Under the pieces are notes generated by a model. The model was given only the letters and a program-made list of their open reading frames with translations, did no database searches and was not told the DNA's origin. This document shows positions 25,301-36,349 of a DNA stretch of 64,000 bases, piece after piece (within the stretch, counting starts at the first letter, position 1; each line of letters opens with the position of its first letter). The translations under genes and the position numbers were made by a program. Source of the stretch: Felis catus. Lineage: Eukaryota. The stretch lies in NCBI RefSeq assembly GCF_018350175.1, contig NC_058377.1:101246001-101310000 (forward strand). Direction: 5' to 3'.

Positions 25301-25839
25301 TTCAGAATAAAAACCTTTTTTAAACTGACAATATTTAGATTTCCTACTCTTCTTTTTAAAATGTTAAACATTCAGAAAACTATATAAAGTGAAATTTAAG
25401 AACTTCAGATTAAAAGTGAAGGTTTGTCATATAATTTTAATACGAGGAAAAATAGTTACCATGATTTTCACTTAGAATTTGATGATTTTGTAAATTAGTT
25501 TTGTCCTCTTTGAGAAGTGTTTTTAATTTGTTAACAAATTATTCCACCGTGGCAACGTATTATAATGAAATATTTCCCCCCAAAATGTGGGATTATGAAG
25601 GTATTTATAGTGGTAAATGATTAGAAACACTTCACACATCCAAATGGGCACCAGATAAACACAAATTACAGGAATAACTAATATGAAAAATTAAGTTGTC
25701 AGTCCTTAGAAACATGGAATGCATGGTAAAACAGAAACGTACATTTGAAATTGAAATCAAGATTAATGAAGTAGTGTATAGTGCGAAATGTAAAGGATGG
25801 TCAAAATGAATAGGAAGGAAGAAAAGGCCACAATAACCA

Positions 25840-26640
25840 TCTCACAGATATAACTACTGTTAACATTGTGATATCTATGGTTTGCATGGTTTTCCTCCGT
25901 GTGTGAAGGATCTGTAGGTCATAATGTGATGTGTGTCTACAGAAATCACTTATGACCAAATAACCTGTTTAGCCCGCTGCCCTTTTTTAACATCCTGTAT
26001 TGTGAACATTTGTCAATATCACAGGGGGCGCCCGAGTGGCTCAGTCCGTTGAACGTCTGACTTCGGCTCAGGTCCTGATCTCACTCACAGTTGGTGGGTT
26101 TGAGCCCGCATCGGGCTCTGTGCTGACAGCTCAGAGCCTGGAGCCTGTTTTGGATTCTGTGTCTCCCTCTCTCTGCCCCTCCCACACTGACCCTCTGTCT
26201 CTCAAAAATGAATAAATGTTAAAAAAATTTAAAAAAATAATAAATCCAGGCTTGTTTCAACTTTTGAATGGCTACCTAATATTTTACTGAGATGTGCAAT
26301 AACTGAGTAACTATCAGAGTATTGACAACTTTCATGTTTTGGGAAGTAAAAATGAAACCATTCATATACTTGCATACTTTTATTATTCCACTAATTGCCT
26401 AGCACTAAAACCATTGTATCAATCAACGGCAGGACTAATTTAAACAATTTTGATGCTTACTATTACACTACCTTCTAGAAAGATGAACACAAATTTCACC
26501 TCCCTTGGTTGTGCAAGGCTATATTTGTTTGCTCACATCTTTACCAAGCGCGGATAGTATCATCTTTTAATTTGGTCAACCAAACGAATAATTTATTGCT
26601 GGCTGATTCTTTCATATTTGGTAAAATGAACTTTTTCTCT
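25840..26640 (-). mobile_element. Old L1ME-type 3' fragment, split by a SINE
   Basis: actactgttaacatt; tgaacatttgtcaatatc; ctaccttctagaaag..ctcacatctttaccaag. Confidence 0.45.
26024..26240 (+). mobile_element. CAN-SINE
   Basis: Head gggggcgcccgagtggctcag, (CT)n, A tail. Confidence 0.92.
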
Positions 26641-27111
26641 TTGAAATTAATCAATATAAGCATATGAGTGTAAGTGACACTTATAATTATAGATAGAAAT
26701 GCATTATGAAAAGAGACTCATCATTGATTTGAGTATTTCTTTAGCATATGGTATAATATGCATGTGTTTTATTAAATGATATTTTCTATGATTTTGCTTA
26801 TAATACCAACTTATTTTTGTATAACTACCACTCTCTCTTAACAGCTTGCAAAAGCTGTAATCTGAATTTATTTCCCAACTCCAGGTTCCGTGACTTTAAC
26901 TTTGTAGCCTGAAGTCAGCAATAGTCGGAATATTTATACCACAGAAATCAGAAAAACAACAGATGCTATAAATCAATACTTTTTGAACGCCAGTTGACAA
27001 ACATTCACTGGTCTGGCAGAGTCCCACTCTATTTTACATTCTATAGCTTATAACACAGTTTACTATTTGTAGGGATAAATAAGTCTTCATTACATTTTAG
27101 AGAAATGTCCA

Positions 27112-27223
27112 GGGGCACCTGAGCGGCTCTCTTGGTTAAGCATATGACCAATTTTAGCTCAGGTCACGATCTCATGGTTTGTGAGCTTGAGCCCCACAGT
27201 TGGGCTCTACATTGGTGGTACAG
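27112..27223 (+). mobile_element. CAN-SINE 5' half running into an assembly gap
   Basis: ggggcacctgagcggctc head, then N. Confidence 0.85.
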
Positions 27224-27417
27224 NNNNNNNNNNNNNNNNNNNNNNNNNNNNNNNNNNNNNNNNNNNNNNNNNNNNNNNNNNNNNNNNNNNNNNNNNNNNN
27301 NNNNNNNNNNNNNNNNNNNNNNNNNNNNNNNNNNNNNNNNNNNNNNNNNNNNNNNNNNNNNNNNNNNNNNNNNNNNNNNNNNNNNNNNNNNNNNNNNNNN
27401 NNNNNNNNNNNNNNNNN
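27224..27417. other. Assembly gap
   Basis: Run of N. Confidence 0.99.
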
Positions 27418-28254
27418 TATAACTTTATTTAGTAGATTTATGGGTTACCCACCACGCATTACATATCTGAATTAACTTGTAAGGCTTTTCTCCTTTCCCA
27501 AATACCATTCAACTAATAAATATGTGAAACTATGAATTTATTGAGCTCAAACGTAAACAACAGGAACATATAGGGCCAACACTGTGCGAAGTTAAATATT
27601 AAATTAAACACTAGGCTTTAAATTTATTATTTAAAATGAAATCTTAAAAAGTATATTTTCACATTTATTGAAAGTTACATTTTTTATTATAGCATCATTT
27701 TCATTATATTTATAACAGAAGACTTTTCCACAATCATAATAAATATATATTTCCACTGAACTGGTACAGATACAATATCATGTACTTTATAAGTAATATT
27801 TTTACCCCTTCCTTTATTGCATTGGCTAGTACACTAAGAATAATGTCTAGTCAGATTTATAATTGTTTTCTCAGTGGAGTTGAAATGTTTAGTATTTAAT
27901 CTTAATATATTACTCTGAAATGTGCCCCCATTTCTTTTATCGTTGATAAAATGATATGCCTATAATACTGGGTTTTCATTGTATATGAGATTCCACATTT
28001 TAATTCAAGACATTCATCTTCAACAATTCCCTACATCACTGAACATGTTAGAATTTCTGGCTGGAGCAACTCTGTTGAAGTTAAAAACAGGTGGTATTGA
28101 AACCTGAGAATGGCCCACAGGACCAGTGAGGATTATCTTTCCAATCCGGTCACCATAAAATAAGTATGAGTTAAGTTCTTAATGCCAGAAGTGGAAGATT
28201 ATCCAGCATGAATGTTACACAGATAAGAATATGAAATGCTTCTACATGTATTCC

Positions 28255-29201
28255 ATGGCTGAAAGCAATAATTCGGAAGTGACTGAATTCATCCTCTTGG
28301 GACTCACACAAAGTCCAGAGCTTCGAGCCCTTCTTTTCGGGATGTTGCTAGTGATCTACTTAATTAGTGTCATAGGTAATCTTGGGTTAATTATGCTAAT
28401 TTATACCCGTTCTCAGCTTCACACACCCATGTATTCTTTTGTCAGCAATCTAGCTTTTGTTGCTTTTTGCTACACCTCCTCTGTCACCCCTAACACCCTG
28501 GTGAACTTCCTCCAAGAAATTAAGAGAATATCCTTACCTGCTTGTGCCACTCAGTTGTGTTGCTTTATCATGTTTGTGGTCTGTGAAGTGTATATGCTCT
28601 CAATCATGGCGTATGATAGGTATGTAGCCATTTCTAAACCTTTACTCTATACCGTTATCATGAACAGAAGGGTCTGTATTCAAATGGTGGTCACTACACA
28701 TGTGTATGGCTTTTCTGTGGGACTCCTCCAGGCAATTCTAACATTCCACTTACCTTTCTGTAATGCAAACATAATAAATCACTTCTACTGTGATGATGTT
28801 CCCTGGTTGGTCTGGCCTGCCGTAAAACCCATTATAAAGATATCAAAGAACTGATATGGTTCACACTTGCTGCTTTCAATACCCTTTTCTCTCTCTTTAT
28901 CATCCTCATCTCCTGCATAGTCATTCTATTTGCCATTCTGAGGATTCATCCAGCAGAAGGCCGACAAAAGGCATTTTCTACTTGTGCCTCCCACCTGACT
29001 TCATCACCATGTTTTATGGTACCGTCATCTTCATGTATATGCAGCCGAAACAAGCCATTCTCTGGATACTGACAAAATAGCTTCTGTTTTCTATATTGTG
29101 GTGATCCCTACGATGAATCCTTTAATATACAGCCTGAGGAACCAGGAAGTCAAAATGCTTTGAAGAGAATTATAGAAAAGGTGTGCTTTACTATAAAATA
29201 A
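28255..29201 (+). pseudogene. OR5AL2P: Olfactory receptor pseudogene (OR5AL subfamily), full length, four 1-bp frameshifts
   Basis: [32 protein letters not shown] then -1 shifts at about 28803, 29002, 29050 and 29153; repaired frame reads [34 protein letters not shown] to TAA 29199-29201. Symbol inferred from position just before OR5AL1. Confidence 0.9.
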
Positions 29202-29591
29202 AAGACCTATGGTCTAACTGAAAGCCCTCAGAGTCAGGATGCGAAACAAAAACAAAAGAAACAACGTTAAAAAAAAAAATTCTCGGGTGTTCTGCATTAG
29301 CATACTATTAGTAACATGCTTTCCTATAGATATAGAGTGTACGGTAATTTTCTGATTTTATTTTCTATTATTATGAAAATTATGACTCCCGAAATTATTT
29401 AAAGATAAGAAAATAAAATAAATTCAATTGCAAATAGTGGGTTAAATTTTGTTCCATAGATCATTGAAAATAAATTTCTTTTCCATAGAGGAATTTTTCC
29501 ATAGAGGAACACTCCAACTCATGGCATTGGTAAAAACCACATCTATTTCAGATCACTAAAGCAATTAAAGTTATTAACATTGCCTAAAAAA

Positions 29592-29648
29592 TACACACGC
29601 GCACACACACACACACGTACATGCACATGCATGCACACACACACGTAC
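29592..29648. repeat. (CA)n/(CATG)-type microsatellite
   Basis: acacacgcgcacacacac..atgcacacacacacg. Confidence 0.85.
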
Positions 29649-29748
29649 TCCCAGTAAGATGAATCTGAAAAAAATTGTTGGTTCTGATGACCTTACAGGG
29701 ACAATGACATCAATGCTGGCGGAACGCCTAACAAAGAGACTAAAAGAG

Positions 29749-29962
29749 AGGGGAGGCCTGGGCAGCTAAGTTAGTTAAGTCTGACTTCAGCTAAGATCAT
29801 GATCTCACCATTCCTGAGTTCGATCCCTGAGTCAGGCTCTGTGCTGACAACTTAGAGCCTGGAGCCTGCTTCAGATTCTGTATCTCCCTCTCTCTCTGCC
29901 CCCCCCACCACTCACACTCTGTCTCTCAAAAATAAAATAAAAGCATAAAAAATAATTTAAAA
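29749..29962 (+). mobile_element. CAN-SINE
   Basis: TSD aaa(g/a)agactaaaagag. Confidence 0.9.
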
Positions 29963-30113
29963 AAAAGACTAAAAGAGCAAACTCAAATTTTTGCAAATGA
30001 GACAAGTCCTTTAGAGCAGAATAAGGTCTGTGGTTTAAATAGTAATGCTGTGCCAATGTTAACTTGCCTATTTTTATAATAGGACTGTCGTCATTTAAGA
30101 ATACCCTTGCTTT

Positions 30114-30326
30114 GGGGCGCCTGGGTGGCGCAGTTGGTTAAGCGTCCGACTTCAGCCAGGTCACGATCTCGCGGTCCGTGAGTTCGAGCCCCGCGTCAGG
30201 CTCTGGGCTGATGGCTCAGAGCCTGGAGCCTGTTTCCGATTCTGTGTCTCCCTCTCTCTCTGCCCCTCCCCCGTTCATGCTCTGTCTCTCTCTGTCCCAA
30301 AAATAAATAAACGTTGAAAAAAAAAA
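30114..30326 (+). mobile_element. Young feline CAN-SINE without a detectable TSD
   Basis: Near-identical to the copies at 3174 and 34497; flanks differ. Confidence 0.96.
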
Positions 30327-30746
30327 TATTCCCCGAAGGGAGAAACTATCTTTAATAAGTTGCACAGTAAAACAAAACTTTCCTCCCCTCAAAGAAAGAC
30401 ATCATTTCTATTTTCCAAAGTTATTTCATACATGAACATGCTTACACAATATTCTGGAATAAAGGGCATCTGCTTAAAAGACAGAAACAGGGGCGCCTGG
30501 GTGACTTGGTCAGTTAAGCGTCCAACTTTGGCTCAGGTCATGATCTCATGCTTCATGAGTTCGAGTCCTGTATCAGGCTCTATGCTGACAGCTCAGAGCC
30601 TGGATGCTTTGGATTCTGTCTCCCTCTCTCTCTACCCTCCCCCACTTACAGTCCATCTTTCTCTCTCAAAAATAAATAAACATTAAAAAGCAAAAATAAA
30701 TAAAAGACAGAAACATAAGAAACGCATGAAGAATTGTCTGTCTACA
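30327..30746 (-). mobile_element. Partial 3' LTR (U3 side) of an ERV-L-type provirus, split by a SINE
   Basis: Minus strand starts tgtagacagac right after a PPT-like agaaatgaagggtgga; continues taagcagatgccctttattccag..aaagatagtttctccc, LTR-like. Confidence 0.55.
30490..30701 (+). mobile_element. CAN-SINE inserted in the LTR
   Basis: TSD aaaagacagaaaca (30476-30489/30702-30715). Confidence 0.94.
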
Positions 30747-31525
30747 TCCACCCTTCATTTCTACATGGGCTTGGCTTCTGGACAATTTACCCAAGAATAT
30801 GCCGTTTCGTAGCCAATCTGACAGGGGTTGAAACCAAATATGTTCAAATTTCCCAATACAGTTTAATTAAGGTAACTCTCAACAGGACTCCAAGAAGCAG
30901 GATAAGGTCAACCTATGGTATTAGTCGCAACCAGACTTATCAGAATCCCAGACACAGGCAGGTGAACGAACCCCGTAAATCACAGTATTTTGAGAAAAGT
31001 AGGTGTCTTTCTCCTGACGCTTCTTCAATGACTTGTCCCCTTATCCCAACACATTAATTCAGGTACAGCAGGATGTATTAGTAATTGCACGGACTCCATC
31101 TTAACCCATTTGGATAAAGCCTAAGACAAATTTATCAGCAATTGCTATTTGCTTCCACTATTTACGGCCACAAAGAAGGATGTCTTGAATTTACCAGAAG
31201 GCGGTCTAATTTACCATTTAAACAGCTAGGCCATCGCCAATAGCCCAAGAACCAGACACATAACATATATACCAAGGTTCATCAAGGGAAGTATTACCCA
31301 GAATTAGTATCTTGAGCTCTGCTTACTGAGTACAGTAACCTCCTCTGTTTTCTGTTCTGCTTAGGTGCTGCTGAGGCTAAACGGCCACCGCAGCCCTGTG
31401 GACACAACCGGTTTTCAACTAAAGCACATTTAGTTAGAGAGGTTCATCAGTTTCCCTGGCGTGACTACAACAAAGTATCAACTGACCTATGATTGGTGTG
31501 CCTTTGGTCTCCTAGAGACTAGAGA
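30747..31525 (-). mobile_element. Decayed class III (ERV-L-like) internal fragment: pol RNase H (about 31500-31134) joined to env TM (about 31130-30800) and PPT (30762-30747)
   Basis: One minus frame reads HARETDEP..VHRAAVAV*PQ..TQ*AEL..SGSWAIGDGLAV*..W*IQD..CGRK*WKQIA (compare ERV-L AWFTDGS, QWAEL, TDSWAVANGLA.W, WG), then GVRAITNTSCCT*IN (env CX6CC). Confidence 0.75.
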
Positions 31526-32204
31526 GGAAGATGCACATTCTTTTAAATTAATCTTTGCAGTTGTACTGAAATATCAATCATAACCACAATTTGAGACACT
31601 AATCTCAGAAGAAAGGTTTCAATGTGACTAATTGGGAAATTCATTTTTGTCTGGTGGCTTTCAAAAGCTGCTACTAAATAGAAGACCATGAACTGAATGT
31701 TTATTTTTTAAAAAATCATAATTTTACTATGAAACCAATGTGACACAAATTAAAGCAGAGATAGCAATTAATCAAACTGTTTTCCCAAAAGAGATAATTA
31801 AAATGTTCTTCTACCCTAGATTCTTTCATTAACTAATAACCTAGAAAGTGATCTACCATTTCAAGGGAAATAACTTTGTCCCTAAACCCTAAATATAAAA
31901 TAATTGTCTGCTCTTGAATATATATAATTATATTGTTTTTCAATGTTTGCTAAAAATAATTTAATACCCAAAAAAAGCTTCCTGGGGGACCACACACACA
32001 TAATAGAAAGTTATGTCATAATATCCAGGTAATTTTAAATTTTACTGGCTTCACAAAGATTTCTTTCGGGTGCACTAGACTGGACTACTTGAGGGTTTGC
32101 GGTTGAACTGAATGACAGTGTATTGAATATTGAAAAATATCAGATCATAGGAAAAATATGTTCTATCTTAGGGAGAAAGCCTTTGGACTTATATATCTAT
32201 AGCT

Positions 32205-33900
32205 TTTATTCACTTAATCATCAAACAGAGAGTTACTGATCATCTTCTTTGTATTAGATACTATAAAAGGTAGGTGATTCACTTGGGCACAAAATACAAA
32301 TATTACTGCTTAACAATATCAGTTTCAAGTTTACGATGTGTTACAGACATGTTAACAGTTGGTTACCATATAGTGTGGCAAGTGCTACAAAGAAGAAATC
32401 AATGGATGAAAAACCTATATATGGGAAACACTTATTCTACCCTGAAAAGTCAGGAAAGCCTCCTAGAAGAAGCAGCACAACAGGGTACTGGAAGTTTAAT
32501 GGGAGGAAAGTCAGTCAAAGGGAATGATGACAAAGGGAAAGTGTTCTGTGCAGAGATTAGAAACGTGTATAAAATTGGGGCACCTGGGTGGCTCACTCAG
32601 TCAAGGGTCCGGCTTCCACTCAGGTCATGATCTCATGGCTCTTGGGTTCGAGCCCCGTGGCGGACTCTGTGCTGACAGTTAAGAACCTGGAGCCTGCTTC
32701 GGATTCTGTGCCTCTGTCTCTCTCTGCCCCCCACTTCTCTCTTTCTGTCTCTCTCTCAAAAATAGATATACATTTTTTTTAAAGTGTATAAAATTCTGGG
32801 TTACATTTGAATAGCAATGGTGGCTTGGAATACCTGTGACATAAACACTATACAAAGAGAACCACAAAAGATGAGCCTGATCTGAGATGTAGGAACCAGA
32901 TTTTCAAGAGTTATGTCAGCCATGTGGAAGAAAGGCTTTTACCTTGAGAAGAATAGGAAGACATTGAAGAAGTACACCAGGAGAACATAAAAATGAAGTT
33001 CGTGTCTATAAAAGTTTACATACGCCAAACTGTGAGGAACAGAGAGACACAGGAAAGATTGGAGGCAAGAATAAAAATTCAGGGTCAGTTGTAACCAAAT
33101 AACAAGTCATTGTGGTTGGATCAAGGAACCGATATCAGTGAAAAGATATGTAAAGTGTGTAAAGTATGAAATAGGTATCAGGGACAAATTGAATATTGGC
33201 ATGGGAAATAGGAAAGCAAAGTAAAAGATAACTGGTCTGATTTGGAAAACTGAATGGATAATGGCACTGTTAGTTGAAGATGTAAAATATATACTTCAGG
33301 TCTGAGTATTAGGTTCAATGCGCAGAGATACCAAGTTATTTTCTACATGTGATACTCTTGATGACCGTCTAGAATATATAAGTGGGAATTTCTGGGAGGC
33401 ATTTAGGTGTATATAGAACATAGAAAATATATGAGGGATAGAAATACATGTTTGTGCTTAAGCAATGTGTAGGTGTCTACTGAAGACATAGGATTGGATA
33501 AAATCACCAAACAAGAAGGTATAAAAGGGAAAGGCTGAAGGCTTTGATGAAAGCTTGAATAATATGTTGTCTAAATAGAAGCAGAGACTCCAAGGTAGAA
33601 AACCAGAATGGACAAATAATAAACACAGAGACTGCTCTGTTCGGGAAACCAAAGGTGTATTCAATAGGGGTCAGTGCTACAAAGCTGCCAAGGTAAAAAG
33701 AGCTTTATTGGATTTGGGAATAGGGAAGCTAATAGTAAACTTGATGAGGGGATTCCTCGGTTTAATGGAAAAGGAAGGTAGGTTATATTTGGTTAAGTCA
33801 TAAATACGATTGAGAAATCAGGGGTAGATGCTTTTCCTAAGGTATATGGTTGAAAAGTGCTAAAGAGGAGAGAAAAAATAAAATAGTAACCAACATAAAG
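32205..33900 (-). mobile_element. L2 fragment(s), split by a SINE
   Basis: Antisense L2 3' end tttattcacttaatcatcaaacag; gaaaactgaatggataatggcactgtta; ggattggataaaatcacc. Confidence 0.6.
32577..32780 (+). mobile_element. CAN-SINE
   Basis: TSD aaa(c)gtgtataaaatt. Confidence 0.92.
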
Positions 33901-34496
33901 TTTCCAAGGGGATATTAATCAGAATTTAAGGGGACGAAGTGCTTTTTATATTTTACTATCTTTTACTTGTCTTGACCATCATGTGCATGCGAAGTAACCT
34001 GAGACAATGTGGTGATAAAGGAAAATCAAATTAACTTATCCTCTGCTATGCTTGAGAAAGGAGGGGGGATGATTTCAATTCTGCTAGCTAGCATGCATTC
34101 AGAGACCAGCCTGGGTTTATGGAAGTGTTCTGTAACACTTAGTTGTTCTAAAAGTTGCTTCACTTCTATTCACCTTGGGCCATTTAGATACCTGAAGAAG
34201 GAAGGTAAAATAATGTCTCCGAATCATTGAAAGCTGTTTGAAATTTGGAAAACTATTCTCTTGAAATTTGGCCAATTATTCTCTGGTGTGCATTTTGCCA
34301 AAAGACAAAGCCAGAAAAATCACAGTCCTGTTTTTCCTTGAAATCAATATTATGGGTGTATTGAAAAAAAAAGACAATGGATATAAGTAAAAAGAAGAAA
34401 ATTTAAAGATTATACCAAACAGGATGCCTATAAATAATAGTATTCATATTTTGTTTCTTTCATTTTATATGTTCTGCACTTGATTTTGGTAATTTT

Positions 34497-34706
34497 TTTT
34501 CAACGTTTTTATTTTATTTTTGGGACAGAGAGAGACAGAGCATGAACGGGGGAGGGGCAGAGAGAGAGGGAGACACAGAATCGGAAACAGGCTCCAGGCT
34601 CCGAGCCATCAGCTCAGAGCCTGACGCGGGGCTCGAACTCACGGACCGCGAGATCGTGACCTGGCTGAAGTCGGACGCTTAACCGACGGCGCCACCCAGG
34701 CGCCCC
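34497..34706 (-). mobile_element. Young feline CAN-SINE
   Basis: CpG-rich; perfect TSD gattttggtaatttt. Confidence 0.97.
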
Positions 34707-34817
34707 GATTTTGGTAATTTTTAATATTCTTATAAAATAATGAATTTTTAATAATTTCATGAGATAAACTTACAACTTAAATCATTTTTATATATGCTGC
34801 CAAAGCCACTTACATTC

Positions 34818-35025
34818 TTTTTTTTTAATGTTTATTTATTTTTGAGAGAGAGAAAGACAGAACATGCATGGGAGAGAGGTAGAGAGAGGGAGACACAGAA
34901 TCTGTAGCAGGCTCCAGGCTGTGAGCTGTCAGCAGAGCCCAACACGGGGCTCAAACCCACAAACCAGGAGATCATGACCTGAGCCGAGGTCGGATGCTCA
35001 ACCAACTGAGCCACCCAGGTGCCCC
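34818..35025 (-). mobile_element. CAN-SINE
   Basis: TSD aag(c/t)cacttacattctt. Confidence 0.93.
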
Positions 35026-35407
35026 AAGTCACTTACATTCTTAATGTCCCTTTTTATTTCTTTATATTTAAAGAAAAGTAGAACAAAAATTGTGCCATTT
35101 TCTTGGTTATAACATTTTAATTGAAATGCTCTCTTTCTACTTATACAGCTCCCTGGTGGATTTTTGTATCACAGAATTTTTCCTGGACCAAATCCTTCAC
35201 ACTGAAAGCATAAGAGAAATCCACACATAATTCTGAGTGCTTATCAATATTCTTCTTTGGCCGAATTTAACATAACACCTTGATGAGCCAGGACTCTCTT
35301 CTCACAATTGAATTGATTATTCCTTAAAAGTAAAGATTATTCAGAGCCTGTGCTCTAGATGAGTTTATTGTAGATTTGTTGTTTATTGTTTATTGTTCAT
35401 CTCTTTC

Positions 35408-36349
35408 ATGGCAAAAGGCAATCAGTCAGCAGTCACTGAGTTTATTCTCTTGGGCCTCACAGATAATCCAGAGTTTCAGGCCATCCTCTTTTGTGTATTC
35501 CTATTGATTTACTCAGTTACTGTCCTGGGTAATCTTGGCTTGATTGTGTTAATCCAAATAAGTCCCCAGCTTCACACACCCATGTATTTTTTCCTCTGTC
35601 ATCTGGCTTTTGTTGATTTTTATGGTGCCTCCACCATCACTCCAAACACCCTTGCAAACTCGTTACGTGAAATTAAAAGTATGCCATTTTATGCATGTGC
35701 CACTCAAGTGTGTTGCTTTATCACATTTTCAGTTTGGGAATTATTAATGCTGTCTGTCATGGCCTATGATCGCTATGTGGCCATCTGCAACCCTTTACTC
35801 TACGTCATTCTCATGCCCAGGAAACTCTGCCTCCAAATGGTCACTAGCTCTTATATTTATGGACTCACTGTAGGACTCGTACAAGCAGTGGCTACATTCC
35901 ACATGTCTTTCTGTGACTCTAATGTGGTCAACCAGTTCTACTGTGATGATGTCCCCTTGATTGCTCTGGCTTGCTCTGATACCCAAGTCAAAGAGTTGAT
36001 GCTGTGGATCATTGCTGGGTTCAATGTGTTCTTTTCTCTTATCATTGTTCTCATATCCTATGTGTTCGTTGTCTTCACCATCTTGAAGATCCATTCTGCT
36101 GCAGGAAGACATAAAGCCTTTTCCACCTGCGCTTCTCACCTGTTTTCTATTACCATGTATTATGGGACCCTCAGTTTTATGTACCTGCGCCCCAAGTCAA
36201 GCCACTCACTGGATAAAGACAAATTTGCCTCAGTGTTCTATGCAGTGGTGATTCCCATGTTAAACCCATTGATCTACAGCTTGAGGAATCAGGATGTAAA
36301 AAAGGCTCTCAAGAAAATCTTTGACAAAGCACGTTCTGATAATAGATAA
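35408..36349 (+). CDS. OR5AL1: Olfactory receptor, family 5 subfamily AL, 313 aa, intact. Likely start MAKGNQS at 35408
   Basis: OR motifs intact; N-glycosylation site NQS; diagnostic VDFYG..ITPNTL, QVCCFIT, WELL, NQFYCDD, DKDKFAS match my recall of OR5AL1; syntenic position. Confidence 0.9.
   Translation: MAKGNQSAVTEFILLGLTDNPEFQAILFCVFLLIYSVTVLGNLGLIVLIQISPQLHTPMYFFLCHLAFVDFYGASTITPNTLANSLREIKSMPFYACATQVCCFITFSVWELLMLSVMAYDRYVAICNPLLYVILMPRKLCLQMVTSSYIYGLTVGLVQAVATFHMSFCDSNVVNQFYCDDVPLIALACSDTQVKELMLWIIAGFNVFFSLIIVLISYVFVVFTILKIHSAAGRHKAFSTCASHLFSITMYYGTLSFMYLRPKSSHSLDKDKFASVFYAVVIPMLNPLIYSLRNQDVKKALKKIFDKARSDNR

Noticed and set aside
30734-31057. 107-aa plus-strand ORF, considered as a novel gene or non-retroviral endogenous viral element (e.g. 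bornavirus-like)
   Set aside because: No recognisable motif on +; the minus strand carries retroviral env and pol motifs, so the ORF is antisense by-product.
35795-36139. ORFs antisense or out of frame inside OR genes (also 22476, 39358, 58281, 58682)
   Set aside because: Shadow ORFs of real coding sequence.
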